The notes beneath the pieces are model-generated. The model ran no database searches and was not told the DNA's origin. It saw only the letters and a program-made list of their open reading frames with translations. Shown piece after piece: positions 27,780-42,130 of a stretch of DNA of 64,000 nucleotides. The translations under genes were made by a program, and so were the position numbers. The stretch's first letter is position 1, and every line of letters starts with the position of its first letter. Origin of the DNA: Octopus vulgaris. Taxonomy: Eukaryota. The stretch covers positions 7,626,001 through 7,690,000 of the forward strand of contig OX597837.1 in NCBI GenBank assembly GCA_951406725.2. Direction: 5' to 3'.

Positions 27780-28710
27780 ATTCTTCTTTCAGTTTCTATC
27801 TACCAAATCCACTCACAAGGCATTGTATTTCTGTCTCTCTTTCTTTCTTGCCCTTTCTCTCTCTCTCTCTCTTTCTTGCCCTTTCTCTCACTTCCTTTCT
27901 CTCTCGCCCTTTCTCCCTCTCTCTCTCTTTCCTCTTCTAGCTATTCTGAATGGCATACAAATCAGACAAGATCCTGGGGTTATAGAAGACACTTGCCTAA
28001 GGTACTAAGCAATGGGACTGAACACAGAACCATGTGGTTGGGAAGCTTTGGTCGGATCGACCAAAGCCTTATGGGTGGATTTGATCGCATGTGTGTGTGT
28101 GTATGTAAAGTGGTTGGCATTTGGAAGGGTATCAAGCTGTAGAAACCATACCAAAGATGCGGTGCTGCTTGCTGGTTCCTGGTCAAATCGTCCTAACCAT
28201 ACTAGCATGGAGTGTGGATGTAGGAGGAGGAGAATGATGATGATGAAGACAAGATCTTGTCTGATTTCTATGCCATTCAGAATAGCAAGAAGAGGAGAGA
28301 GAGAAAGAGAGAGAAAGGGCGAGAGAGAAAGGAAGTGAGAGAAAGGGCAAGAGAGAGAGAGAGAGAGAGAAATACAAGTGTATTGAAAGATAGAGAGAGA
28401 GAGAGAGGCAGTGAAGGAGAGAGTGTATGTAGCAGTGACCTTGGCGAGGGGGTTTTAGTTAAGAGAAGAAAAAGGGGTGGGGTGGGGGTGGGGTGGGGGT
28501 GGGGTGGGGGTGGGTGGAGTGGAAGCTGGAGATAGAGGTGGGTGGGGGTGGGATGATGTGATGACAGGATGGAAGGTAAACTACTGTAGAGAACTGGAGT
28601 GTTTAGATGTTGAAACGTTTGTGTATATAGGCAGGTTACCACACGTGTGTGTGTGTGTGTATGTGTCTATGAGTGTGTACATCTGTTTATAGAAGTCTGT
28701 GTGGTTGGTA

Positions 28711-28799
<89 letters not shown>

Positions 28800-28932
28800 A
28801 TATATGTATGTATACATGTTCCTGCTTGTATACATGCATGTGTATATATATATATACAGGTGTATGTGTATATATGGGTGTGTGTGTAGTACTGTTTAAG
28901 TTTGTATATAAGCATGTATATACGTTACTGCT

Positions 28933-28976
<44 letters not shown>

Positions 28977-29789
28977 TAATACACATACACACACACGTAT
29001 GTGTGTGTGTGTATGAGCATGTGTGTCTATGTGTATGTATGGGTGTATATGTAGTACTGTTTAAGTCTTCATATAAGCTTGTATATATGTTACTTCTTGT
29101 GTGTGTGTGTGTATATAAATATACACACACATATAAATACACACGTGTATGTGTGTATGATTCTGTGTATGTGTGTGTGTGTGTGTGTGTATGTGCGTGT
29201 GTGGTGGCATGATGTATCTGGTGCAGCTGCACTTGCAACCCTCTTGCCAACAGCTCACTACCATCAACTCACGCACATGGTGAAGCGAGGAGCAGCCTCA
29301 TGCGTGGGTCTTCCTTGACAATATACAGCTTCTCCTTCAACCAAAACTCCAACCAGGCACCCCCCGCCACCTTTCCACATAGTAACTGGGGGCCATGCAG
29401 ACTCCAGGATAACTTGGCAGGGGACTTCAAGCAATACCATATGCCAGTGATGGTATGTAGGGTTATCATGTTTTCTAGCAATTAAGATGAATTTTAGGGG
29501 CCCAAATTTATACCCCAAAATGGTAGATTGATTGAGTTATACCGTTTTAAGACAACCTTGGAAGACCAAAAATTCAATGTGAAATGCTAAAGGATTTGGT
29601 TACAACATTTGGCGTTAGGAAGGGCATCCAGCTGTAGAAACTCTGCCAAATCAAGATTGGAGCCTGGTGCAGCCATCTGATTCACCAGCCCTCAGTCAAA
29701 ATCGTCCAACCCATGGAAAACCCAGGGAAAGTGGACGGTAAACGATGATGATGATGATTTGAATACTATATGTTTGGGGGGGAATTGCT

Positions 29790-30400
29790 GACAGGGTGGA
29801 GGGTAGCAGGCTCCCAAAGGCAGTTTTCTAAGTTGAACAAAATCATGGCAGGTGGAGCCATGGTGGCCGGAGGTTGCAATAAGGGGATGCGCTGAAAAGA
29901 TGTATGAAGAACTCTGGCATCATCTCAGACACCTGAAAGGAGAAGTCTCTGAGGTATGATGAATGGCATCAATGCCGAAGCACGTAATTCTAGCCATTAT
30001 ACCAGCGGCAAGCTGGCAAAAACATTAGCGCACCGGGCAAAATGCTTTGCGGTATTTCGTCTGCCGTTATGTTCTGAGTTCAAATTCCGCCATAGGTCGA
30101 CTTTTCTTTTCATCTTTCGGGGTCGATAAATAAAGTACCAGTTACGCACTAGGGTCAATGTAATCGGCTTAATCTCTTTGTCTGTTCTTGTTTGTCCCCT
30201 CTGTGTTTAGCCCCTTCTGGGCAATAAACAAATACATAATTCTAGCCATCGAAGAGAAACAACAGAGGGAAAGCAAAAGTGCACATGAGAAGCATCGCTT
30301 CTCCGCTGCATTAGGTAGCTTCACCTGCACCAAATGTCGTTGCTGCTTCAGATCAAGAATAAGTCTTGGAGCCCGCATGCAGACCTGCCAAAGATGGTAA
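29790..30400 (+). mobile_element. RTE-clade LINE ORF2 C-terminal remnant
   Basis: RVEGSRLPKAVF*VEQNHGRWSHGGRRLQ*GDALKRCMK, then after the SINE ILAIEEKQ...FTCTKCRCCFRSRISLGARMQTC (terminal zinc-finger-like CxxC..FRSRIxL). Confidence 0.75.
29998..30236 (+). mobile_element. Full-length SINE family 2 with a 13-bp TSD
   Basis: TSD TAATTCTAGCCAT at 29985-29997 and 30237-30249; B-box-like GAGTTCAAATTCC. Confidence 0.85.
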
Positions 30401-30609
30401 CTAAACAAAAACAGTCAATGTCAACCTGCAAAAGGGCAGCCAAAGAAGAAGCATACATAAATACATTCATACATATCATCATCATCAGTGTTTTTGTAAT
30501 CAATTTGAAAAAATCCAATGCACAGGTAATTAGCCCCTTCAACTTCACCAGAGCCCCATTGGCCAGCTTTACCGGTTTCCATCTCTCACGACGAGAGAAA
30601 TATTATCAA

Positions 30610-31540
30610 AGCATTAAATATTCTGCTCCTTTTCTAAAATGCACAATAACAGAGTTACAGAAGTTAGGTAGAAGTACTGCGAAGCAGCTCACAGTGGACA
30701 AGGCACATCGATCTAAAAGCAATACTGGCAAGCTCTACCCACCAAGAAAGGAAGGAGGCAGAGGCTTATTTAAATCAGAAAACACCATCAGTACTGTGAT
30801 ATTGAGTTTGAAAAACACTGTAGTGCAAGAAAGACTATTTTCTGTAGGTAGATATATCAAAGAAGCCGCTGGAATGGTGAGAGAATTCAAAAACAGAATT
30901 CAGATGAGGAAACAAATAGCTAGAATGAGAAGTTATTATGCGACCAATTCATGCTAAGCAATTTGCACAAATTTGATAAAAACACACATTGATAAACTCA
31001 GTCACAGAGGAAATGAAGAATGCATGGAAAAGAGGACAATAGTGTTAGCCGTCTCTGAAATGAGTGCAGTAAACTATCGCAAAAAGAGTATAGACACAAG
31101 TATGACTATGGGTGGCAAAAGCTTGCATTTGGACGTTGGTCAAGTTTGTAGATGTGAAATGGTAGAAGAAAAAATAGTACAAATATGAGCAAGAATCTGA
31201 AACAGTGAATAATAATTACAGGATTTTATGGAATTTTTCCATAAAGGTTGACCATACTATTGAAGCAGGGAACCAGGTATGATCAGAGAGGATAGAACAA
31301 ACAAACAGTGTAATATCATAGACCTTTCAATACCATATGATAACAGAGTCGATATCAAAGAGATTGTGAACATTGAGAAATATCAGGACTTAGACAGATG
31401 AAGAGATTGCGGAAGAGAAAGATGAGAATTATTACTGAAATAATTATTATTGAGATAATTGGTGCACTTGGCATAACAACCACACTGTTACCCAAGAGAC
31501 CAAAATATATTGGGTCAGAGACTCTTATTGTTCACCAGCA
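30610..31540 (+). mobile_element. R4/Dong-like (restriction-like endonuclease) LINE 3' remnant
   Basis: KSNTGKLYPPRKEGGRGL; ECSKLSQKEY; RILWNFSIKVDHTIEA; NKQCNIIDLSIPYDNRVDIKEIVNIEKYQDL; IIGALG - RLE-domain motifs with frameshifts. Confidence 0.8.
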
Positions 31541-31568
31541 GACAAAGTTCCATCCTTTATTTTGTAAT

Positions 31569-31875
31569 CTGTTGTGTCTGGGGAGAGTCATATTCTTTTT
31601 GTGCCTTATAATAATTTAACACACTCACCGGTAAAATTTCCACTTTTTTCTTATTTTTATTTTCCTAAAATTTTTGTTGGTCTTGCAACATTTTTGATAG
31701 TCTTGACTCAAGACTTGCAACCTTTTCAATAGTCTTGAGTCAAGACTATTAAAAAGGTTGCAAGACGCAACGAAAAGTTTAGGAAAATAAATATAAGAAA
31801 AAAGTGGAAATTTTATCGGTGGGTGTGTTAAATTATAAGGCACAAAAAGAAAATGACTCTCCCCAGACACAACAG
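31569..31875. mobile_element. Fully palindromic MITE with a 3-bp AAT TSD
   Basis: Ends CTGTTGTGTCTGGGGAGAGTCAT / ATGACTCTCCCCAGACACAACAG; AAT at 31566-31568 and 31876-31878; arms pair almost to the centre. Confidence 0.85.
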
Positions 31876-33059
31876 AATATGCTTCAAGACACGAACTCAT
31901 ATAAAGAATCTTGCAAACCAAATCCCAAAACGACATTTATTTTGTAAAATTCTTAAGGTTTGAAGAAACATGTCAGGAAATATCTAATATCTCTTCCAAT
32001 TAAATTAGCATGCAATAGTTTGGGTGTAACTTTTCCCATAGGCACCAAGACCACAAGCATTTCGGTGTGAGACAGGAAACAGATAAATATGACCTCAGAA
32101 GATAATAACTACTGGAAGAAGTCAACTTCTGAACATAAAGGACCATAACTTAATTCCACAAGGCAACACTGGGTCCAGCATTTTAATGGTCTCCCAATCC
32201 AATAATCTAGATCAGAGGTTCCCAACTGCAGTTTGTATAAGCTTTTGTTCTTAAAATCTATCTGCAAGACAACGGTTATACATCTACAATTTACAAAATA
32301 TTTTAACAATTGGCAGTGTGATAAGAAGCTTGCTTCCCAAATGTATGGTTCCGGGTTCAGTTCCACTGCATGACACCTTGGGTAAGTGTCATCTACTATA
32401 GTCTTGGGCCAACCAAAGTTTCGTGAGTGGATCTGGTAGACAGAAACTGAAAGAAGCCCATTGTATATGTGTGTGTGTGCTTGTGACCCCATCATCGCTT
32501 GACAACTGATGTTGGTGTCTTTACATCCCCATAACCTAGTGGCTCGGCAAATGCGACCGATAGAATAAGTACTAGGCTTACAAAGAATAAGTCCTGGGGG
32601 CGATTTGTTCGATATAAGGCAGTGCTCCAGCATGGCCACAGTCAAATGACTGAAACAAGTCAATGAACTCCTAATAACATTTTAATTATAAAAGTATCAC
32701 AGGATGTTTTCTAAACATCAAATTACTAGGGGTCCACCAGGATAAAATAAGATTTGAAGGGGTCCATAGGTAGAAAAAAAAAAGGGTTGAGAAGCCCTGC
32801 TGTAGAAGGCCCTGTTCGCAGATTGAAGATCTTCCAGGTAAGCACCAATAAGGGTGGGGTTAGAGGGTGGAGTTTGAGGGTGGGGTTTGAGGGTGGATTG
32901 ATTTAAGGTTCTTGGACTCATGTTTGCTTACACAAAAGACTCCTTTAAAGGCACCAGCTATGCCTTCACATCACAAGCGCTTTGCAATCCTTCTCAATGT
33001 TCTTCTCGATAAAAACCAAAACACCCACCTACGCATTCTACTAGATATCACCAACGCTG

Positions 33060-33995
33060 CAGCCACCACCACCACCATCATCTACGGTAGCAACATTACT
33101 ACTACCACTACTACTATCTTGCCAGCTGCATCACCATCATCATCACCATCGTCGTCATCGTCATGATCACCAACACCACCACTACCACCACCACCACAAT
33201 ATCAAAGCGAACATCATCAGCATCAACCCTCTTTATCAACAATATCCTCAACGTTATTAGCATCATTATCAGCAGCAAGATCATCATCATCATCCTCTTC
33301 ATCATAATCACTACCACAATTATCATCATCAGCATCATCATCACCAACATTACCAATATCATCAACATTGCCATCATCATCATCATCAGCATTACAAACA
33401 TCATCACCGTCATCATCATCGTCATCATAATCACTATCACAATTATCATCATTGCCATCATCATCAACATCATCATCATCATCAGCACCAACATCATCAG
33501 CACCAACATCATTGGCATCACAAACATCATCATCATCATCCTCATCATCGTCATCATCACAACCATTATCATCATTACCATCATCTTCACCAACATTACT
33601 GACATCATCATCACCATCATCACCATCATCAGCATCATCTCCATCATCAGCAATAGCATCATCTCCATCATCATCATCATCGTCGTCATCAGATTCCCCA
33701 TCATCACCACCCCAACCATCATCATCATCACCATACCAATCCTGATAACAGTATGCCAAGAAGCAAGGGGCAGCAGAGATTGAAATGCAAGGGCTACTAC
33801 AACAACAACAACTACTACAACAACTACCACCACCAACACCACCATCACTACCACCAATACCCAACCTCTACCATCATGACATCACCACCACCATCACAAC
33901 CAGCATCGCTACCATCACTACTTCACCCCACCACCCCACAACTATGACCCATACCCTACCACTGTCTTCACCACTACCACCACCACCAATCTACC
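33060..33995. repeat. (ATC/ACC)n degenerate trinucleotide tract; similar tracts at 22250-22720, 45710-46220 and 47510-47800
   Basis: Direct reading; source of the poly-I, poly-D and poly-M ORFs. Confidence 0.9.
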
Positions 33996-34183
33996 CCTAA
34001 ATAACCTCACATTATCAGAAATCAATCTACCTTATTTTACATCCACCCAGGTGCACACACCTCTCTCTCCCTCCCCTCCTCCAATATCCTCTTCCTTTAC
34101 CTCCTACTCGGATTACTCTTACTATATTTCCTTTCCTTCTACTACACCTCACAATATATATATACACTATATATATCCTCCAC

Positions 34184-34224
<41 letters not shown>

Positions 34225-34281
34225 ATGTATATATGTATGTATATTTATATATATACATTTATATATATAGGTATATATATG

Positions 34282-34324
<43 letters not shown>

Positions 34325-37300
34325 GTATAAATATATGTAAGTATGTATGTATATATACATACATACACACATCCACACACATAAATATATATACATATAC
34401 ACCCTCATTTATATATAAATCAGCATGTATACACATACACCTACACATAGAAATGTACACAAGTATTTTCATTGCTGGCCACAAAATTGCTCTTCACACA
34501 CACACACACACATACATACACGTATATACAGAGAGATACATTGAGCAGACATGGATATGTTTGTGTTCGTGTACGCATACTCACAGACATTGTACACTGA
34601 CATAGCTACACAAACATACACACACACACACACACACATATACATCTACATATGTACACACATACACATATATATATGCATATATATATATATATGTGTA
34701 TACACACACACACATATATATATATACACATGTATACACACACAATATAATATATACAGGTATATAATATATACACACATATATACATAATATATACATA
34801 TATAAGGTGTTTATACATATAAACACACAGACACATATATATATATATATATATACTCACACACAACATTCATGCATGCGAACGTGCACACACACACTCT
34901 TATCAGCTTTGAAACCTAAAAAAGCAAAGTTTACGTTACACTTCTACCTTTCAAGCATTTTCAAACACACAAACAATACCACATAAACAAACATACACAA
35001 GAACAAACACATACACACACATACACAAGCACATGCACATACAAACTTATATAAGCACATACAGATACACAGCAACACGTACACACACATAAATACACAA
35101 GTATAAACACACACACATTCCTACCATATCAATCAATTTCTAGGGAGGCCTAGACATGGTCACTCAATCTCCTAGAAATAGCAGTAAAATCTCCTTAAAG
35201 AAGAAAAGGGAATCATAGTCATCATCATAATGGTCAACATCATCATTGAACATCCGCCTTCCTTGTTGGCATGGGTTGGATTGTCTGACAGGGAACTGGT
35301 AAGCTGCAGGGGTACGTGAAGTTCCACTGTCCCTTTCGGATTGTTTCTACAGCTAGATACCCTTCCTGATGCCAACCGCTTTATAGAATGTACTGGGTGC
35401 TTTTTTATGGTTTCTTCGGCTGGATGCCCTTCCTAGCGCCAACTTTACAGAGTGTACTGGGTGCTTTTTATGGTTTCTATGGCTCGATACCCTTCCTAAT
35501 GCCAACCACTTTACAGAGTGTACAGGTTGGCTTTTTATGTAGCACCAGCACTAGTGAGGTAGCTATGTAATTTGCAAGACCGAAACAGAACAGAGAAAAA
35601 GGAAAAGAATAAGGAAAAACTAAAGGAAAAGAATAGGGAAAAACTTTCCATTATTTAGTGGGGACTATTTGGCAGGAGGCGGTGACAGGGGGTAGTTTTA
35701 TGCCAAGGGATGAAAGACTAATGCAGGGGTTCTCAACCATTTTTTGCCTATGAACCCTTTTGATACCTATTTCACTCAACTGAAACCCCTGCCCACAGCC
35801 ATTCAATGTTTAAATATGAAGGGTAAGACCCCCATCAGTTATGAATGACTATGGGATTGCACCTGGAAAGTTCCCCACCGAAGCACAAGTTTAGGCAAGG
35901 TTGTTTATGGAAGACCAGCAGTTGCCCCTTCATACCAGCCTCCTGTCTCCATGTCACCAATGTTACCCAAGGGAAAGGCAAAGGGGCTGATACAGCTTGG
36001 TACCAGTGATGCTGCAACTCATTTCTACAGATGAGTGAACTGGAGAAATGTGAAATAAAGTGTCTTGCTCAAGAACACAAACACACATACAATAATATAT
36101 ATATGTCTACCAAATTCACTCACAAGGGATGCTCTTCCTGTTGCCAACCCTTGCCTGTTTCCAAGCAAGAAAATATACCCCAAGACCAGACATGTTTTCA
36201 TGGAAGATTGCAAAGTACACAACTTGCCTGAAATCAAACTGAAGAGATAGTAATACACACATACATACACATTTATATACTTATACACAACAGGCTTCTT
36301 TCAGTTTTCATCTATCAAACCCACTCACAATGCTTTGGTCAGTAAAGAGTTATAAAAGAAGACATCTGACCATGATGCCATGCAGTGGAACTGAATCCAA
36401 GACCATGTGGTTAGGAAGCAAATTTCATACCACACAGCCACACATGTGCCAACAGATATATAAAATATTTCCAAAAATATGCATAATTAAAGAATGATTT
36501 ATAAACTAATTTATCTTTGATATTAAAAAGATGATAAATTCCTGTGGTGTAAAAAATCTGTGTTGCTATGGGAAGAGGGTGGTAAAAGTGAAAGAGAGAG
36601 AGAGAGAAAGAGAGTCAAATGAATGTTACTAGCTACTAGCAAATACACACATGCAAACACACAAAGACAATGATTAGCTGTGTGTATATGAGGAAATAGG
36701 GAGTGTGTGTGTGTGTGGAACAAAAAGATGAATTTTATACACAATATTGATTATCTTCAGGTTTATAAATGAGTACAATATTTCATTTCTATAGTTTCAG
36801 TCATTCGTTAAATTAATTTGATTTATTTTGTTGTCTATAAATATATGTAAACAGGTACTTTATATATTATTTGTATGAGTATGTGTATATATAAATATAT
36901 ACATTTCTCTCTTTCTCTTTTACTTGTTTCAGTCATTTGACTGCAGCCATGCTGGAGCACTACCTTTAGTCGACCCCAGGACTTATTCTTTGTAAGCCTA
37001 GTACTTATTATATCGGTCTCTTTTGCTGAGCTGCTAAACACACCAGCATCGGTTGTCAAGTGATGATGTGGGGGACAAACACAGACACACAAACATATAC
37101 ACACAAACATGATGGGCTTCTTTAAGTTTCCGTCTACCAAATCCAATCACAAGGCTTCAGTTGGCTCAAGGCTATAGTAGAAGACACTTGTCCAAGGTGC
37201 CACACAGTGGAACTGAACCCGGAACCATTTGGTTCGTAAGCAAGCTACTTACCACACAGACACTCCTACACCTACATACACACATATATAGATATACATA

Positions 37301-37820
37301 CATCAACACATGCATATACAAAAAAACACTTTCACACAAACAAAGTAGTAGTAGTAGTAATCATCCATCAGTCTTGAGAGACCATTGATTTGCACCTGAG
37401 GTAATTAAGTCAGGTGCTTATGGTGATGCAGCATCTGTTGTGGCTGTGTAGTCCCACAAACATATACATACATGCAAACGCACATATACATAAATACACA
37501 CACATATACACATACATACACACACATATATACACATACATACACACACATATATACACATACATACACACACATATATACACATACATATATATATATA
37601 CTTATATAATACTTATAAACATAGCACTTAAAATGCCATATTGGTCTCTAATACCTGGTGGTTGTTTCTAGTTCCACTGGTGAATATCTACAGGGATCAT
37701 CATCATCATCATCATCGTCGTCGTCATTTGACGTCCGCTTTCCATGCTGGCATGGGTTGGACGGTTTGATTTAGGACTGGTGAGCCAGAGGCTGCACCAG
37801 GCTCAATCTGATCTGGCAAA

Positions 37821-38135
37821 TGATGCGGCGAGTTATAAAAAATTTGACGACGAGGTAGCAAGAATGAATTTGACAAGACAGTCCGTCACTGGCTGACACT
37901 CGCTGATGATACATTGAAGAGGCCAGGGAACAGAAGAAAGAAGAAGAAAGAAGACATGCACCCAACACCAGAGCTGAAGACACCTCCGAAGGAGTGGGGG
38001 GGCCCTGCCACGTCAGAACGGTAGAGGAGTAGGGGCTGAAACCGTACGTGGCTCCTCCTGATGATGTCTTGAGCTAACTGGATCCTATAAAAGAGCTGTT
38101 GTGGTAGCAGACCACGAAACACAGTTGTAATTCCT
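37821..38135 (+). mobile_element. Possible truncated solo LTR inserted in an RTE tail
   Basis: Interrupts GATCTGGCAAA|CTACAGCTGG; starts with TG; TATA box CCTATAAAAGAG at about 38084-38095; no CA end or TSD seen. Confidence 0.4.
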
Positions 38136-38752
38136 CCTCTACAGCTGGATGCCCTTCCTAATGCCAACCACCCCGAGAGTGTAGTGGATGCTTTTTACAT
38201 GCCACCAGCACAAGGGCCAAACAGGCGGTTCTGGCAACGACTACGCTCAAAAGGTGCTTTTACGTGCTACCTGTATGGGAGCCAGTCCGGTGGCACTGGC
38301 AACAACCACGCTCGAATCGGGGTCATCTTATATAATTAAACAGTTAAATCACCATCACTATGATCATTATCATTGTTGTTTTAATACCCACTTTTCCATG
38401 CTTGCATGGATGAAATGGAATTTACTGGAGCAGATGCCCTTCCTGTTGCTAACCTTCACTGGTTTCCAAGCAAAGTGTTTTTGTTCCCCATCATGGACAA
38501 ACATGTCTCCATGAAAGATTGGAAACAAACAACATCATTCGTATGATGGTAACATGTATTTACGACTATCAAGTGATGTCCAGCCAGGGAGGAAATATTA
38601 CTTATTTCTTTACTACCCACAAGGGGCTTAACACAGAGAGGACAAACAAGGACAGAAACCCTTTTCTCCCACCCCTAACCCCCCATATATAAAAAAAAAC
38701 ACTTTCTTGAAATGTATCCGCTACCACCGGTACTTATACCGAAGTTACGCCA

Positions 38753-39142
38753 GATCAGTGAATTGACACTAACATATTCCCCTCTTGGATTCACACACTT
38801 ATTGCAGTGGTCCTTCAGTTTTTCTAAGCCCTGTAAAAGAACTCGGAGAGTTGAGCCTCCAAACAGGCTTTTCACGAGACCCTTAAAGCCATGAACTTTT
38901 CAGCAACCCCTCATAAATCCCAAAATATCTATAACAGCCAAATAGAAAACACAAGAGGATCAGTGAATTGACTCTATTTAACATGTTCCCCTCTCGGATT
39001 CACACACTTATTGCAGTGGTCCTTCAGTTTTTCTAAGCCCTGTAAAATAACTCGGACTGTAGGACCTTTTATGATACCCTTAAAGCTAGGAACTTTTCAG
39101 CAACCCATCGTAAATCCTAAAATATCTATAACAGCCAAATAC
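38753..39142 (-). mobile_element. Two tandem mariner-derived fragments
   Basis: Minus strand LQGLEKLKDHCNKCVNPRGEYV matches the mariner C-terminal G..KL..RW.KCV...G.YV motif; unit repeated at about 38753 and 38958. Confidence 0.65.
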
Positions 39143-39679
39143 CTAGATATTCAATAGAAAATATATTTGGAAGGGACAAATATTTAAAACAAAGTTTTAA
39201 CACAGGTTTCTCAGTACTTAAGGACCCTGTCTTGGAAAACATAACTGTGGTGAAGAGTATGTTAACTGATAACTTACCTTCATAACGGAGAATGTGGCAC
39301 ACCAGCAAGAAAGAGGAACAGATAAATGTATGCTCTTCGCAGTTAGATTTCAAGAGATGGTTCTGAGACAGGAATGGTAGGGTTAGGTGTTAGGGGTTAT
39401 GAGGTTAACAGATGGAATCTAAAAGTGGGACGTGGTTTCTGACCCGTTTGAGGAGGGCAATAACTCCAAATAAGGACTGACTGAGATTACAACGACCCAT
39501 CCAATACATGCCAGCATGAAGAATCGGTTTATGAGGACAGGGATGATGGTGATGACGTCAATGATGATAACGATGATGATAATGATGATGAGGATGATGA
39601 TAATATATACATACATGACATATATGTACATACAAACATACATACATTATATATATGTAGGTATGTACATATTATCCAA

Positions 39680-40225
39680 TGTCCTTCGTTCTTCTTAGAC
39701 AGTGAGACAAGATGTGAGAGATTTGGCTGCCATTTCTAGGAAATCAAATGACCACTTACAGACTTCTTCCTCAACACTCCAGGTATGACCACCCTGTCAT
39801 TTTTAAGTCTACATCAGATTACCTTACCCAATGTGTCCTTCATTCTTCTCTGACTGTGAAAAAGGATTTGAGAGACTTGGTTGCTATTTCTAACAAATCA
39901 AGTGACCCCACTCCAGCTATAGCCATCCTGCCTTTTTTTAAGTCTAATATCATACTACCTTATCCAATATGTCCTTCATTTTTCCAAGGCAGTGAGACAA
40001 GATCCGAGAGATTTGACTGCTATTTCTAGCAAATCAAGCAACCAAATGCAGGCTTCCCTTTCAACATTCCAGCTATGACCATCCTGTCATTTTTTAAAGA
40101 ACACATTAGACCATCTTATCTTATCTGTCCTTTATTCTTCTAAGACAGTAAGACAAGATCTGAGAGATTTGACTGCTATTCTTAGCAAATGAAGAAACCG
40201 CCTACAAGCTTCCTCCTCATTGATG
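39680..40225 (+). repeat. Tandem array of four ~136-156-bp units from a dispersed repeat family (monomers at about 2270-2460, 7535-7590, 10160, 35160, 40260 and 48090)
   Basis: GAGAGATTTG(G/A)CTGCTATTTCTAGCAAAT-like motif recurs; units start with GTCCTT at about 39681, 39835, 39971 and 40127. Confidence 0.75.
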
Positions 40226-40382
40226 ATACTGGTAGCTGTATCACTGCTGATAATATTGTTTAGCCCTAGGTCAGCGCTGAGTGAGTAAACTTATGATCGG
40301 AGGCATTCCAACCATGACCATCCCACCTCATGCATATCCATACTATCGCTGTTTGGTGACTGTAGGGTCATGATGTTACATT

Positions 40383-40708
40383 TGCTGCTACTGCTACTGC
40401 TGCTGCTACTACTGCTGCTGCTACTACTGCTGCTACTACTGCTGCTGCTGCTGCTACTACTGCTGCTACTACTGCTGCTACTGCTGCTGCTGCTACTGCT
40501 ACTGCTGCTGCTACTGCTGCTACTGCTGCTGCTGCTACTGCTGCTACTGCTACTACTGCTACTACTGCTGCTGCTACTACTGCTGCTGCTACTACTGCTA
40601 CTGCTGCTGCTACTACTGCTACTGCTGCTACTACTGCTGCTACTACTGCTGCTACTACTGCTGCTACTGCTGCTGCTACTGCTGCTACTGCTGCTACTAC
40701 TACTGCTG

Positions 40709-40743
<35 letters not shown>

Positions 40744-40866
40744 ACTACTGCTGCTGCTACTACTACTGCTACTACTGCTGCTGCTGCTGCTGCTACTGCT
40801 GCTACTACTGCTGCTGCTACTACTGCTGCTACTGCTGCTACTACTGCCGCTGCCCCTGCTGCTGCT
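40383..40866. repeat. Mixed (CTG/CTA)n trinucleotide tract of about 480 bp
   Basis: Direct reading; the triplet phase is kept throughout. Confidence 0.95.
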
Positions 40867-40896
40867 ATTGCCATTTTGGTTGTTCCTGCCAATACT

Positions 40897-41169
40897 CAAT
40901 ACTACTGGTGTTGTTGTTGTTGTTGTTATTGGCGTCGTGGTTCCTGTTCCTGTTGTTGCTGCTGCTGCTGCTACTGCGGCTGCTGCTGCTGCTGCTGCCG
41001 TTACACAGAAGTGAAGCATCTGGATGCTTCCTGTATTTATCTTTGGCCAGTTCTGAAGAAACTGATAAGGAATCCCACCCCCATCACGTCATCTTCACCA
41101 CCACCACCAACACCACCACCATATCTTCTCAGGTCTAACACACATACCCACTCCCTCTCTTTCTCCTTC

Positions 41170-41238
<69 letters not shown>

Positions 41239-41294
41239 ATGTACATGTATGTGTATATATATATGTGTATGTATGTATATGTATGTACATGTGT

Positions 41295-41344
<50 letters not shown>

Positions 41345-41801
41345 ATGTATATGTATGTACATGTATGTGTATATATATATGTGTATGTATGTATATGTAT
41401 GTACATGTGTGTATGTGTGCTGTATATATGTGTGTGTGTGTGTGTATGTATATGTATGTACTGCTGCTACTGCTGCTATATATATGTATGTATGTATGTA
41501 TGCTATATGCCATCTTGAATGGTTGTATATATATCAATACTACTGGTGTTGTTGTTGTTGTTGTTATTGGCGTCGTGGTTCCTGTTCCTGTTGTTGCTGC
41601 TGCTGCTACTGCGGCTGCTGCTGCTGCTGCCGTTACACAGAAGTGAAGCATCTGGATGCTTCCTGTATTTATCTTTGGCCAGTTCTGAAGAAACTGATAA
41701 GGAATCCCACCCCCATCACGTCATCTTCACCACCACCACCAACACCACCACCATATCTTCTCAGGTCTAACACACATACCCACTCCCTCTCTTTCTCCTT
41801 C

Positions 41802-41876
<75 letters not shown>

Positions 41877-41932
41877 ATGTACATGTATGTGTATATATAT
41901 ATGTGTATGTATGTATATGTATGTACATGTGT

Positions 41933-41986
<54 letters not shown>

Positions 41987-42055
41987 ATGTATATGTATGT
42001 ACATGTATGTGTATATATATATGTGTATGTATGTATATGTATGTACATCTGTGTA

Positions 42056-42104
<49 letters not shown>

Positions 42105-42130
42105 ATGTATATGTATGTACATGTATGTGT
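40897..42130. repeat. Near-identical tandem duplication (offset about 635 bp)
   Basis: Unique block TCAATACTACTGG...CTCCTTCTG at about 40897-41171 recurs at about 41534-41803, differing mainly in microsatellite length. Confidence 0.9.

Noticed and set aside
29205-29480. GC-richer unique island as a coding exon
   Set aside because: Frames are short or stopped, with no recognisable motif and no clear splice pair.
38053-38135. CTGATGA...GAAA...TA as a hammerhead
   Set aside because: Stem I cannot form (CCTC versus ATTC) and stem II is unconvincing.
39270-39330. Minus-strand AAG|GTAAGT donor as an exon end
   Set aside because: No convincing upstream acceptor or recognisable peptide; isolated donor-like 9-mers are expected by chance.
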